Assembly (NCBI GenBank): GCA_963720545.1 | Contig: OY970399.1 | Coordinates: 3,584,001 to 3,648,000, forward strand | Reading direction: 5' to 3' | DNA from: an uncultured Acidobacteriota bacterium | GTDB taxonomy: Bacteria; Acidobacteriota; Vicinamibacteria; Fen-336 | Length of the DNA stretch: 64,000 nucleotides | Shown: positions 8,118 to 18,297 of the stretch, piece by piece | How the letters are laid out: each line of letters starts with the position of its first letter | How positions within the stretch are numbered: position 1 is the stretch's first letter | Made by a program: the position numbers and the translations under genes | The notes under the pieces: generated by a model | Database searches by the model: none | Told to the model about the DNA's origin: nothing | Seen by the model: the letters and a program-made list of their open reading frames with translations, nothing else

Positions 8118-8312
8118 GTCAATATCTTGTGCGTCCAGGCTAGCCGGCACCTTTTACTAGTGTTTTTGGGCCTCTTTCAGTCGGCCCAATTCTGCACGTT
8201 CTCCACCCTTTCGTCGAATTGGCGTCGCGGCGTCGCCCGGCGCCCGTCACGGCTCCCGGAGGCCCTGCCGCCCGCGACCCCACCCCCGACGTCCTGTCCG
8301 TCGTCACGTCAC

Positions 8313-11300
8313 TCAACCGCCGCCTGCGGCTCGGTTTTGCAGCTCGAGCTCGTGATTCGCTTCGCGCGCCAACTCGGCGAACCGGCACAGTGCGTTTGCA
8401 AGCTGGATCTGGCGCGGGGTCTGGCAATCGGGTTGGAAGAGAAGCGGCGACGCCACGACGATGGCGGCGCATCGCGCTCGCGAGGTGGCAACGTTGAGGC
8501 GGTTGAGGCTGTAGAGGAACTCCATGCCGCGCGGCGCGTCTTCGGCGCGCGAGGTGGCCATGGAATAGATGACGACCGGCGCTTCCTGGCCCTGGAACTT
8601 GTCGACGGTGCCCACGGAAACGCCGCGGTCGCGAAGCCGCTCGGTCAGCCGGTTCACCTGCGCGTTGTACGGGGCAACAACCAGGATGTCGGCTCCGGTC
8701 AGCGGATGACTCGCGCCGTGATGATCGACCCAGTGCGGACGACCCTTCAGGGCTGAGCCTTCCTCCGCCACGGACGCGCTTTCACTCGTCACGGACGCGC
8801 TCTCACTCACCCCGGACGCGCTCTCACTCACCCCGGACGTGCTCTCACTCACCCCGAATGCGCGTTCACTCGCGGCGGATGATCGCTCGCCCGACGTTGG
8901 CGCGTACTCATTCGCCAGCAGCCGGTCGACTATGGCCGACACCGCCTCCACCTCTTCCGTCGACCAGTTCTTGTTGTGGTCGTGGGGGATCGGCGCCATC
9001 CACAAGCCTGAACCGTCGAAGCCGCGTGTGCCGACGAGCTGCTGGCGTTCGCGGCCAGGCTCGGGGTGGAGCTTGCCGTCGTAGAACGCCTCTGAGGTGA
9101 AGCGGCACAGGTCCGGCGCCAGGCGGTACGTCGTGGGCAGGAAGATGCCGTGGTCGGGCGGCATGGTGCGCGCTCTGCCGAGGATGTGTTCGAGCGCCGA
9201 GACCCCGACGCCGTCGGGATGGGTGCCTTTTTGCGGCTGCTCCAGTTGGTTCGGGTCGCCCAGCAGCACCAGGCTGTCGGCGGCGCGCGAAGCCGCCAGC
9301 ACGTTGGCGAGCGACATCTGTCCGGCTTCGTCCACGAACAACACGTCTACGGTGGCGCGTGCCGCATCGCTCGACCACAGCCACACGGTTCCGCCCAGCG
9401 CGCGCGGCCCGGCCGCGAGCCACTCGAGCGCCTTGCGATTGTCATCGAACAATTGCACCGCGCGAGCAACCCGACCGTCTCCGCTGGCATTGTTCGCAAC
9501 GCCACTTGCGGTGGCTTGCGCCGCGCCGTTTCTTGCCACTGTGCCGGTCGCCGCTGCCGGCACCGCACCGTCCTTGTCCCCGTTCTTATGGCCAAGCTCC
9601 ACAGACATGCCGCTCTCACGCGCCAGCTTCGCAACGGCATCGAGCAGGTTGCGGACGACCTTGTGGCTCACTGCCGTGACTCCGACCCGCTTGCCCGCGT
9701 GCAGCAGCGACAGGATCATCCGCGCGCCGAGCGTCGTCTTGCCGGAACCCGGCGGCCCCTGCACTGCGAGCACGCTGCGGTCGAGGTCGGACGCGACTCG
9801 CACCGCGAAATCGTCCACGGTCGCGTCGAACACCGAGCGCGCGAACGGCGCGCGCGACAGCAGGCGCGGCTTCTCGCGCAGCAGCAGCTGGACGCCGCAG
9901 GTCCACGGGTCGGGATGGTTCGCGATCGCCATCACCACGCGCTGCGCAACGTCGGTGTTGAACACCTGCATCGCAAAGAGCGGCCCCGGATCCCGGTCGA
10001 TGGCCGGCGATTTGTGCTTCACGTCGATGGTGCGCGCGGCGCGGTCGTACGCCTCGACCTTGCCAAGCCGCGATTCGTCGCGGCGCGTGAGCTCGCTGCC
10101 GGGCGAGAGCTCGATCTCCTGGCGCGGGTACTGGTAGCGATCGATGAAAGAGCCGGTGGGCTTGCCGGTCTTAGTGTTCGTCATCGCCGAGCGTTCGACG
10201 AAGCGCGCACCGACGATCGCCTGCGGCTCGAACTCGAGCTCGGCATCGTCGAGACCGCGCACGCGGAAGTACTCCCACCAGGCCGCCTTCGCCTCGCGCC
10301 GGTGCCAGTCGATGAGATAGGCGAGCAGCCAACATGGATGCTGTTGATGCTGCGGATCGCTCGCGGAGTCGGGCAAGTCCTTCAGTATCCGGGCGCGCAG
10401 CGCCTCCACTTCGGCGTCGAGCGCCCTCACCGCTTCCGGCGGCGCCTCGGCTTTTGGCGCGGGCCGCGGCACCTCGATGCCTCGCTGCAGCAACTCGAGC
10501 CGCAGCGTTTCCAGCCAGCCGCGCAGCGCTTCGGTCGAGCGGCAATCGTCGCGGTTGTACCCCTCTACGGCGGCGGCGGCCCCCGCGGGCAGCTCGGCAC
10601 CCGGACCGGACTCGATCGCCAGCTCGACCAGCCGCAGGTTGACATTGGCATCGCCGAGCGCGACCTCGCGCCGGAAGCCGTAGAACTGCTCGAGCGTCTT
10701 GATCGAGTAGCTCTCGACGCCGGCGCGCACGCCGTGGTGGACCACCGCGAACAAGTCGACGAAGCGGTCGTTGCGCAGCAGGTGGTCGAGTTCCTCGCAG
10801 CGCGTCGCATGGCGGCCCATCAGCCGTTTCAGCGCGGTGGGCTCGTACTGGCCGTAGTGGTAGATGTGCATCGCCGGGTCGTCGCGGAAGCGCTCGATGG
10901 CGCAATCGATGAACGCCGCGAACGCCGCCTTCTCGCCGGCGTCGTCGCGAGCCCACCACGCCTCGTAGCCGCCGTCGCGCCACACACCAAAGAGGTATTC
11001 GCGGCCGCCCTCGCGCGCGAAGTGCGCGCCCTCGAGATCGAGGAACAGGTCGCCGCGCGACGGCGCGGGCAACGACGCGAGGCCAAGGCCTGGCGCCACT
11101 TCTAGCAGCTCGTAAACAGGCTTGCCCAGGACACGCTGTTCGCGCTGCAGGCGCGCCTGTTCGCGGATACGCGTGTAGGTCTCGCGCGCGCCGCGCCGCG
11201 GCTCGAACGGCACCGGCAGCGCCAGCCCCGCTGCTGCGTCGAGCGTGGCGATTCCCTGGCCGACGAGCTCGACGCGCTGGATGCGGCCGATGCCGGCGAT

Positions 11301-12029
11301 GAAACCCAGATGGTCGTCGGCCCGGCGCCGTGTATCGCAGCGTGGCCACCAGCGGCACATCTCGCACTCGCCGACCGGGTCGGGATAGTCTTCCGCGACG
11401 AGCGCATCGCCGCCGCCGGCGACCGCCTCGAGAAATCGTCGTTTCACCAGCCGGTAGTACGCGGCGTGCTCCGCGTAGCGAAACGATTGCTGGGCACGTT
11501 GCGGGTCGGGCGTGATGACGTGAAAGCTCTCGGGTTCGCGCCCCTGAACGCCCGCGACGAGCTCGGAGTAGAGAGCGAGCTGCAGGATGGTGCGGCCGGC
11601 GGTGGTGCGCGCGAGCTTGGTGTCGACGACCTCGTATGACCACGCCCCGAGCCTGCTGGGCGCCGCGACGCGGCGCAGCACGTCGGCGTAGCCAAACCAC
11701 GGAGCGCTGCCCAGGGCAGCCTGCACGATGACCTCGGCGCCGTCGCGCATGGCGCGCTCCGTCGCAGCCTCGGGATCGGGTTGGATGCGCGCCTCGAAGA
11801 CTGCGAGCCCCTGCTGTTTCAGCGAGTCGACGTAGCCGCGCTCGTGCTGCGCGCCGCGCTCCTTGAGAGCTTCGGCCATGGCGTCCGTCCACTGCGGCGG
11901 CTGAAGGCGGCCGGCGGCCGCCGCCAGGTCGAGCCCGGTGCGGTGGCGGCAGCCGAGGAAGGAAGCGAGGTCGGTGGGGAAGAGCTGCAGCTCGGCGCCG
12001 GGCCCCTCCGGATCCTTGATCATGCGCAT
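8313..12029 (-). CDS. TM0106-family RecB-like nuclease / RNase H-like / SF1 (DNA2/NAM7-like) helicase fusion
   Basis: PD-(D/E)xK YADVL..VVDTKL..Q..LY; FLDLEG RNase H-like motif and YNRDDC; Walker A GPPGSGKT, DEAGQ, LLGDPNQL, TVDKFQGQE, RLNVATSRA. Confidence 0.9.
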   Translation of the reverse strand: MRMIKDPEGPGAELQLFPTDLASFLGCRHRTGLDLAAAAGRLQPPQWTDAMAEALKERGAQHERGYVDSLKQQGLAVFEARIQPDPEAATERAMRDGAEVIVQAALGSAPWFGYADVLRRVAAPSRLGAWSYEVVDTKLARTTAGRTILQLALYSELVAGVQGREPESFHVITPDPQRAQQSFRYAEHAAYYRLVKRRFLEAVAGGGDALVAEDYPDPVGECEMCRWWPRCDTRRRADDHLGFIAGIGRIQRVELVGQGIATLDAAAGLALPVPFEPRRGARETYTRIREQARLQREQRVLGKPVYELLEVAPGLGLASLPAPSRGDLFLDLEGAHFAREGGREYLFGVWRDGGYEAWWARDDAGEKAAFAAFIDCAIERFRDDPAMHIYHYGQYEPTALKRLMGRHATRCEELDHLLRNDRFVDLFAVVHHGVRAGVESYSIKTLEQFYGFRREVALGDANVNLRLVELAIESGPGAELPAGAAAAVEGYNRDDCRSTEALRGWLETLRLELLQRGIEVPRPAPKAEAPPEAVRALDAEVEALRARILKDLPDSASDPQHQQHPCWLLAYLIDWHRREAKAAWWEYFRVRGLDDAELEFEPQAIVGARFVERSAMTNTKTGKPTGSFIDRYQYPRQEIELSPGSELTRRDESRLGKVEAYDRAARTIDVKHKSPAIDRDPGPLFAMQVFNTDVAQRVVMAIANHPDPWTCGVQLLLREKPRLLSRAPFARSVFDATVDDFAVRVASDLDRSVLAVQGPPGSGKTTLGARMILSLLHAGKRVGVTAVSHKVVRNLLDAVAKLARESGMSVELGHKNGDKDGAVPAAATGTVARNGAAQATASGVANNASGDGRVARAVQLFDDNRKALEWLAAGPRALGGTVWLWSSDAARATVDVLFVDEAGQMSLANVLAASRAADSLVLLGDPNQLEQPQKGTHPDGVGVSALEHILGRARTMPPDHGIFLPTTYRLAPDLCRFTSEAFYDGKLHPEPGRERQQLVGTRGFDGSGLWMAPIPHDHNKNWSTEEVEAVSAIVDRLLANEYAPTSGERSSAASERAFGVSESTSGVSESASGVSESASVTSESASVAEEGSALKGRPHWVDHHGASHPLTGADILVVAPYNAQVNRLTERLRDRGVSVGTVDKFQGQEAPVVIYSMATSRAEDAPRGMEFLYSLNRLNVATSRARCAAIVVASPLLFQPDCQTPRQIQLANALCRFAELAREANHELELQNRAAGGG
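8771..8875. repeat. In-frame 21-bp tandem repeat (5 units) within the helicase
   Basis: CGGACGCGCTCTCACTCACCC-type units encoding (GVSESAS)n. Confidence 0.9.
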
Positions 12030-12117
12030 GTCGGGCTCATTCTCCCGCGTGCCCGGGGCGGGTCAGGACCAGCGGCCATACTTGTATAGTCGAGATAGTT
12101 CCCCGGGGAGGCCCGCA

Positions 12118-12477
12118 TTGAAGTACTTGTGCCTGATCTACGCTGACGAGAACCTGTTCCGGCCCGGCATCGACGGCTTTGCGGCCTTCGGCGACGAGGA
12201 ATGCAAGGCCCTCGACGACGACCTCAAGGCCCGCGGCGTGTGCCTCGCTTCCGAGGCGCTCGAGCCCACCGACACGGCGGCGGTGGTGCGCGTCCGCGAC
12301 GGCCGCGTGCAGACGATCGACGGCCCGTTCGCCGAGGCGAAGGAACAGCTCGCGGGCTTCTACCTCATCGAGGCGGGCGACCTGAAGGCGGCCACCGAGA
12401 TCGCGGCGCGCATCCCGCCCGCGCGCGTGGGCAGCGTCGAGGTGCGGCCGGTCCGCCAGCTACGGGTTCCTAGCTAG
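12118..12477 (+). CDS. YciI/DGPF family protein
   Basis: TTG start after GGGGAG; KYLCLIY..DGPFAEAKEQLAGFYLIEA..GSVEVRP. Confidence 0.88.
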   Translation: MKYLCLIYADENLFRPGIDGFAAFGDEECKALDDDLKARGVCLASEALEPTDTAAVVRVRDGRVQTIDGPFAEAKEQLAGFYLIEAGDLKAATEIAARIPPARVGSVEVRPVRQLRVPS

Positions 12478-12488
12478 CAGCTCTTGCG

Positions 12489-13052
12489 TCAGGGCGCTCC
12501 CAGCACCGGCAAGTAGCGTTCGCGCACGATCTTCTCGTGGTACGCCGTGTGCCCGGCAATGATGAAGGCGATGGCGCGCACGCTGAACGGGTTGTCGCTG
12601 GCGACGCCGGTGCGCTTCCAGTCTTCCGGCGAGAACGACCGGAACAGGCTGAGCGTTGCATTGCGCACCCGCGCGAAGTCGGCGACGTGCGCGGCCAGCG
12701 GCAAGCGGTCGGCTTGCGCAGCGGCCACCGCGGCCTCCTGGTCGAAGCTCGGCAGTGGCGCCGTGAACCCACGGGCAAACCAAAGCGCGCGCCCGACGAA
12801 CAGGCGCTCGACGTCGGTCACGTGGCCCACCACGTCGCGCACGCTCCACTTGCCTTCGCCATACGTGCGCAGCGACTGCGGTTCGGTGATCGCCTCGTAG
12901 AACGCCGGCACGCTCGTCAGCTGGTGGGAGAGCGCCGAGATGACGTCGTCGCCGTCCACCTCGCCGATGTAGCGAAAGTAGTACTCGATCGCTTCGCCTG
13001 CCGCTGGGCGGCCGAGCGGAGCGTGCGCAGGTGCGTGTCCCGGTGTGTCCAT
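12489..13052 (-). CDS. DinB family protein
   Basis: YGEGKWSVRDVVGHVTDVER, LPSFDQ, IAGHTAYH. Confidence 0.88.
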   Translation of the reverse strand: MDTPGHAPAHAPLGRPAAGEAIEYYFRYIGEVDGDDVISALSHQLTSVPAFYEAITEPQSLRTYGEGKWSVRDVVGHVTDVERLFVGRALWFARGFTAPLPSFDQEAAVAAAQADRLPLAAHVADFARVRNATLSLFRSFSPEDWKRTGVASDNPFSVRAIAFIIAGHTAYHEKIVRERYLPVLGAP

Positions 13053-13119
13053 GGGGGAAGGATAGATCAGCGACGCACGCGCACGACAGGGCCATCTGCC
13101 GGCGCGGCGGGGAGAACCA

Positions 13120-15558
13120 CTAGTCGGCGCGCAGCGCCCGCGACGGGCTGAGCGAAAGCGCGCGGCGCGCCGGAATGAACGCGGCGATCATCGCGGCCGC
13201 GCCCAGCGCGAGAGTGGCCGCGGCGAGCGTGCCGGCATCGGCCGCGATCGCGCCCTGCAACACCGAGGCGAGCAGCCGGCCGAGTGCAAACGCAAAGAAG
13301 GCGCCGACCGCCAGCCCGGCGGCGGCCAGCCGGCTGGCCTGGCCGAGGGTCAGGCGCAGTACGTCGCGGTTCGAGGCGCCGAGCGCCATGCGAATTCCGA
13401 ACTCCAGCGTCCGCAGGCTCACCCGGTACGACAGCACGCCGTAGACGCCGGTGAGCGCGAGCACCACGGCGATGGCGCCGAACACGCCCATGATGCCGGC
13501 GATGTACTGCATGCCGATGGTGGCGCTCTTGATCGTGCGCTCCTGCGACTGGATGCGGTCGCCGGGCACGTCGGGATCGATCGCGGCGAGCAGCCTCGGC
13601 ACTTCGCGGCTGAGCGCCTCCGGGTCGCCGCTGGTGCGTGCCGCGAACACCATCTCGAGGCGCGTCTCCTGGCGCAGCGAACGGTACCAGGTGGGCGAGT
13701 TGCGCTGCGCCACCCACTGGTGGATCACGTCGCCGCAGACGCCGACGACGGTGAGCCACGGCGCGTCGCCCGTGGGCGCCCCAGCGCGAAAGCGCTTGCC
13801 AACCGCGTCCTGTCCCGGCCAGAACCGCGCGGCCATCGAGCGGCTGATCACGGCCACCGGCTGGCCGTCGGGCAGGTCGGTGTCGAGGAGCGGCCGGCCG
13901 CTCGTGATCGGCAACCCCAGCACTTCGAAATACCCAGGCTCCACCCAGCGGCTGTTGACGGCAGGCCCTTCCACATTCTTCGGTAGCGGTTGGCCCTCGA
14001 TCTCGACGCTGCGCGAGACGTTCATGGTGCGCGCCGGGAACACGTTCGCCACGGTGGCCGCGGTGACGCCGGGAAGCTGGCGCAGCCGCGCGAGCGTATC
14101 TTCCTTGAACTGCCGCCGCTTCTGCGGATCCTCGAAGCGGTTCTCGGGCAGGCTCACGGCGAAGGTGAGCAGGTTGTGCGTGTCGTAGCCCTGCGGCCCG
14201 TGCAGCAGGTCGAGGGCGCCGCGCAGAGACAGTCCGGCGGTGGCCATCAGCGCCAGCGCCGCGCTCAGTTGCGCCACCACCAGCACGTTGCGTCCACGCT
14301 GCCGGGCGGCGCCAGCAGTCACCGAGCGGCCGCCGTCGCGCAGAGCGCTCGTCACTTCGGCGCGCGTGGCTCGCCACGCGGGATAGGCGCTGACGAGAGC
14401 CGTCGCGATTGCCGCGAGCGCGACGCTGAAGCCGAACGCGCGCCAGTCGGCGCCGAGGTGCTGCCATCCCGGGATGTAGCGCACGATCTCGGCCGGCATG
14501 TTGTCGCGCATGACGCGCGCGCCGAGCGCCATCAGCGGCATCGACAGAATCGAAGCGGCCAGCGCCAGCAGCGCGCCTTCGGTGACCAGCTGGCGGATGA
14601 TCTGGCGGCGGCTCGCACCGAGCGCCAGGCGCACCGACAGCTCGCGCTGCCGCTCGGCGCCGCGCGCCATCAGCATGTTGGCGACGTTGACGCAGGCGAT
14701 GAGCAGCACCAGCAACGCGGCGGCCTGCCACACACCGAGGATGCGGTTGGTAATGGGGTCGGCGAACGCCTTGGCGAAGGAATCAGCGTTGAGACTGCGA
14801 TCGGTGTTGGTGACGGGATGGTCGGCGGCGAGCCGCCGCCCGATGACGGCGAGGTCGGCGCGCGCGTCGCTGACCGAGCGGCCCGGAGCGAGCCGGGCAA
14901 AGACCGACAGGTAGTGCTTGTCGCGCGGTAGCCCGGCCGAGCCCTCGACCGGCATCGCCAGCGGCGCCCAGAACTCTGCCGCTTCGGGAAACTGGAAGCC
15001 GGGCGGCGCCACGCCGACCACCTCGTACGGGACGTTGTCCATGACGATGGTGCGCCCGAGCATCGGCTCGCCGCCGTACATGCGGTGCCAGAGCGCGTTG
15101 CCGAGGACAACCCGGCGGTTCTGGCCTTCCTTGCCTTCCTCGGCCACGAACCCACGACCCGCCACGGGCTGCACGCCGAGCGCCGCGAAAAAATCGGGGG
15201 ACACCGAAGCGCCGGGCACCCGCTCCGAACCGCCCGCGCCGCGAATGTTGGCGTCCCAGTCGTCCGCCGCCACGAAATCGGTGAGTGCCTGCGCCTGCCG
15301 CGCGATGTCGGCGAAGTTCGCGGGCGCCACGTTGTCGCGGGCGAGCTCGTTGAAGTCGCGTCCCTGTTCCCAGACACGCACCAGCTTCGGCACGTTGGGA
15401 AACTCGTAAGAGCGCAGCACGAGCGCATCCAGGAAGTTGAATATGGCGCCGTTCACGGCCAGGCCGACCGCCAGCGTGCCGACGATGAGCGCGGTTGCGG
15501 AAGGTCGCGAACGCGCTGAGCGAATTGCCTGGCGAAGGTCGGAGGAGAGTTGGGCCAT
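13120..15558 (-). CDS. ADOP-type duplicated ABC transporter permease (MacB_PCD/FtsX x2)
   Basis: DLRQAIRS, LVLLIACVNVA, RELSVRLALGAS, EFGIRMALGA, PARRA..ALRAD. Confidence 0.9.
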   Translation of the reverse strand: MAQLSSDLRQAIRSARSRPSATALIVGTLAVGLAVNGAIFNFLDALVLRSYEFPNVPKLVRVWEQGRDFNELARDNVAPANFADIARQAQALTDFVAADDWDANIRGAGGSERVPGASVSPDFFAALGVQPVAGRGFVAEEGKEGQNRRVVLGNALWHRMYGGEPMLGRTIVMDNVPYEVVGVAPPGFQFPEAAEFWAPLAMPVEGSAGLPRDKHYLSVFARLAPGRSVSDARADLAVIGRRLAADHPVTNTDRSLNADSFAKAFADPITNRILGVWQAAALLVLLIACVNVANMLMARGAERQRELSVRLALGASRRQIIRQLVTEGALLALAASILSMPLMALGARVMRDNMPAEIVRYIPGWQHLGADWRAFGFSVALAAIATALVSAYPAWRATRAEVTSALRDGGRSVTAGAARQRGRNVLVVAQLSAALALMATAGLSLRGALDLLHGPQGYDTHNLLTFAVSLPENRFEDPQKRRQFKEDTLARLRQLPGVTAATVANVFPARTMNVSRSVEIEGQPLPKNVEGPAVNSRWVEPGYFEVLGLPITSGRPLLDTDLPDGQPVAVISRSMAARFWPGQDAVGKRFRAGAPTGDAPWLTVVGVCGDVIHQWVAQRNSPTWYRSLRQETRLEMVFAARTSGDPEALSREVPRLLAAIDPDVPGDRIQSQERTIKSATIGMQYIAGIMGVFGAIAVVLALTGVYGVLSYRVSLRTLEFGIRMALGASNRDVLRLTLGQASRLAAAGLAVGAFFAFALGRLLASVLQGAIAADAGTLAAATLALGAAAMIAAFIPARRALSLSPSRALRAD

Positions 15559-15610
15559 AATCCTCGAGAACGCACGAACCTCACTCCGGGTTCCAGGGAG
15601 TCGCGAATCG

Positions 15611-18028
15611 ATGTGGAATGACCTGCGGTTTGCTGTCCGGTCGCTGCTGAAGCGGCCTGGTTTCCTGCTGACGGCTGTCATCACCTGCGGCCTGGGCATT
15701 GGCGCGGCGGCCACGCTCTTCAGCGTCGTCGACGGCGTGCTGATGCGCCCGCTGCCTTATCGCGCGGCGGCGCGCATCGCGATTCTCTGGCACGAATTCG
15801 GGCAAGGGGCGCAGAACCTCCCTGCCGTCCATCCGCTGGACGTGCGCGACTACAACGAGCGCAACAAGGTCTTCGAGGAGATGACGATCGCGCGCGGCGC
15901 GCAGGACATCCTCGGCGACGCCACCGACCCGGAAGCGGTCGACGTCGGCCAGGTGGCCGCGAACTTCTTCCCGTTCTTCGGCGTCGAGCCCATCCTCGGG
16001 CGCAGTTTCCGCGCTGCGGACGACGTGCCCGGCGGCCCGAAGGTGTTGATGCTGACCCACCGCGTCTGGGTGCGCCGCTATGCGGGCGATCCCGGGGTCA
16101 TCGGCCGCGCGGTGCCGCTCTTCGGCGAGCCGCACGAGATCATCGGCGTCCTGCCGGAGGACTTCCGCATGTTCCTGCCCGCCGAAGCCTTCGGGCTGCG
16201 CGACGCCGACGTCTGGCGGCCGATGCAGATCGACTACACGCGCCTGCCACCGCGCAACTACACCGCCTACACGGCGTTCGGGCGTCTGCGCCCGGGCGCC
16301 ACCTTCGCCGCGGCGCAGGACGACCTCAGCAACATCGCGGCGCAGATCCGCGCCGAGCAGCCGGTGCACAAGGCGTCGCAGTTGAAGGTGCGCGTCGTTC
16401 CGTTCCAGCAGGACGTGGTGAAGGGTGCGGAGCAACCGCTGCTGCTTCTGCTGGCGGCGGTCGCGCTGGTGCTCATCATCGCCTGTGCCAATGTCGCCCT
16501 GCTGCTGCTGACGCGCGGCCACGGGCGCACCCGCGAGATGCTGGTGCGGGTCTCGGTGGGCGCGGGACGGTTCTCGCTGGCGCGCCTGGTGCTCGCCGAG
16601 GCGGTGACGATCGGCCTGCTCGGCGCTCTCGTAGGTCTCGTCATCGCCGATCGCGGCCTGGCGCTCGTCAAGGCGCTCGCCGCCGACAGCGTGCCGCGGC
16701 TCGGCACCGCCACGATCGACCTGGGCGCTGTCGGTTTTGCGGTGGCTGCTTCCCTCGTCGCCGCCTGCGTCTTCGCCGCCGCCCCGGCGCTGCGCGCTTC
16801 GGGCATTCAGATCGCCACCGGCCTGCGTGCCGGTGCCTACGCCGGCGGCGCGCACCGCCGGCTCCACGACGTGCTGGCCGCCGGGCAGATCGCGCTCTCG
16901 CTGGTCCTCATAGTGGGCGCCGGACTGCTGGTCCGCAGCTTCGCGGCCATGGCGAGCGCACGTCCCGGCTTCGAACCCGACGGCGCCATCAGCATGGAAG
17001 TGACGGTGCCGCGCGGCACCTACACGGATCGCGCCGGCGCCGATGCGTTCAACCAAAACCTCATCACCCGCCTGCACGCTCTTCCGTCGGTGGGCGCGGT
17101 TGGCCAGACGTCGCTGCTCCCGTTCACCGGCCGTGGCCCCGCGCAGCCCTACGCTTACAACGCCGAGACCGCAAGCAACTGGGAGAGCGTGTCGGCCGAC
17201 GAGCTGCGTGTCAGCCCCGGCTACCTCGAGGCGCTTGGTGCCACCTTGCTCGCGGGACGCGACTTCACGGCGGACGACCGCGGCGAACGGCGCGTGCTGA
17301 TGATCGACGACAGCCTGGCGCGCCGCGCCTTCGGCAGCGAAGCGGCGGCGGTGGGCAAGGCGCTGCAGATCGAACCCGAGGGCAAGCCCGAGAGCTTCTT
17401 CGAGGTCGTGGGCGTCGTCGGTCACACGCGCCTGCACGACATCACCCGGCCGCTGCTGCCGCAGATCTATTTTCCCGGCCTGTGGCCGCGCTTCACGCTG
17501 GTGGCGCGGCCGCGCAGCGGCGACACGCAGGCGCTCGCCGCCGACCTGCGCCGCGAACTTGCCGCGATCAACCCCGGCATCGCGGTGGGCGAGGTGCGCC
17601 CGCTGCGCAGCGTGGTCGGCGCCGCCAGCGGCCCGACCCGCCTGGCGATGGGCCTGATGATCGCGTTCGGCGGCATCTCGCTGGTGCTGGCCGCGGTCGG
17701 CATCTATGGCGTCTTTGCCTTCGCCATGGGCCAGCGCACCTACGAGATCGCGGTGCGCCTCGCGATGGGCGCGCAGCGCGGCGCCATCAGGCGCCTGGTC
17801 CTCGGCGGCGCCGCCCGCATCGTCGCCGGCAGCATCGCGGTCGGCGCGCTGGCCGCCGCCGCCCTCAGCTGGAGCGCGCGCTCGATGCTCTACGCCGTCG
17901 CCCCCCTCGACATCGCGACGTATGCCCTCGCCGCGTCGTTTCTGGGTGCGGTAGCGCTTCTCGCCTGCGCCGTGCCCGCCGAACGCGCCGCCCGCGTCGA
18001 TCCCCAGCGCGCCCTGCGCCAGTCGTAG
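15611..18028 (+). CDS. ADOP-type duplicated ABC transporter permease
   Basis: MWNDLRFAVRSLLKRPGF, LIIACANVA, EIAVRLAMGA, RAARVDPQRALR. Confidence 0.9.
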   Translation: MWNDLRFAVRSLLKRPGFLLTAVITCGLGIGAAATLFSVVDGVLMRPLPYRAAARIAILWHEFGQGAQNLPAVHPLDVRDYNERNKVFEEMTIARGAQDILGDATDPEAVDVGQVAANFFPFFGVEPILGRSFRAADDVPGGPKVLMLTHRVWVRRYAGDPGVIGRAVPLFGEPHEIIGVLPEDFRMFLPAEAFGLRDADVWRPMQIDYTRLPPRNYTAYTAFGRLRPGATFAAAQDDLSNIAAQIRAEQPVHKASQLKVRVVPFQQDVVKGAEQPLLLLLAAVALVLIIACANVALLLLTRGHGRTREMLVRVSVGAGRFSLARLVLAEAVTIGLLGALVGLVIADRGLALVKALAADSVPRLGTATIDLGAVGFAVAASLVAACVFAAAPALRASGIQIATGLRAGAYAGGAHRRLHDVLAAGQIALSLVLIVGAGLLVRSFAAMASARPGFEPDGAISMEVTVPRGTYTDRAGADAFNQNLITRLHALPSVGAVGQTSLLPFTGRGPAQPYAYNAETASNWESVSADELRVSPGYLEALGATLLAGRDFTADDRGERRVLMIDDSLARRAFGSEAAAVGKALQIEPEGKPESFFEVVGVVGHTRLHDITRPLLPQIYFPGLWPRFTLVARPRSGDTQALAADLRRELAAINPGIAVGEVRPLRSVVGAASGPTRLAMGLMIAFGGISLVLAAVGIYGVFAFAMGQRTYEIAVRLAMGAQRGAIRRLVLGGAARIVAGSIAVGALAAAALSWSARSMLYAVAPLDIATYALAASFLGAVALLACAVPAERAARVDPQRALRQS

Positions 18029-18127
18029 CCCCGAAGCCCTGACTCGTGCCCGTCGTTGGACGCGTGGCGAAGGGCCCGCCGGTCGAATAGCCAGCCACGC
18101 CGCTGACAGCGTTGATCACGATGCTCG

Positions 18128-18153
18128 TCCCACTGTGTCCGGACACAGTGGGA
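18128..18153. repeat. Perfect 26-bp palindrome in a convergent intergenic region
   Basis: TCCCACTGTGTCC|GGACACAGTGGGA. Confidence 0.9.
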
Positions 18154-18297
18154 TTACGCTGAGGCTCCTCGGGCGCAGCCAACAACATCGGCGCCCTTCG
18201 GAGAAACGGCAACGAGCCGCCGCGATGAGCGGCCAAGGAACGAGCCGCCGAAGAGCAAGCCTCCGCCAACGGAACTCGCGCGCTGCGCGCGCTCGGG

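Noticed and set aside
8127..8312. Possible small gene or ncRNA between the TonB receptor and the helicase
   Set aside because: No recognisable motif, RBS or convincing structure
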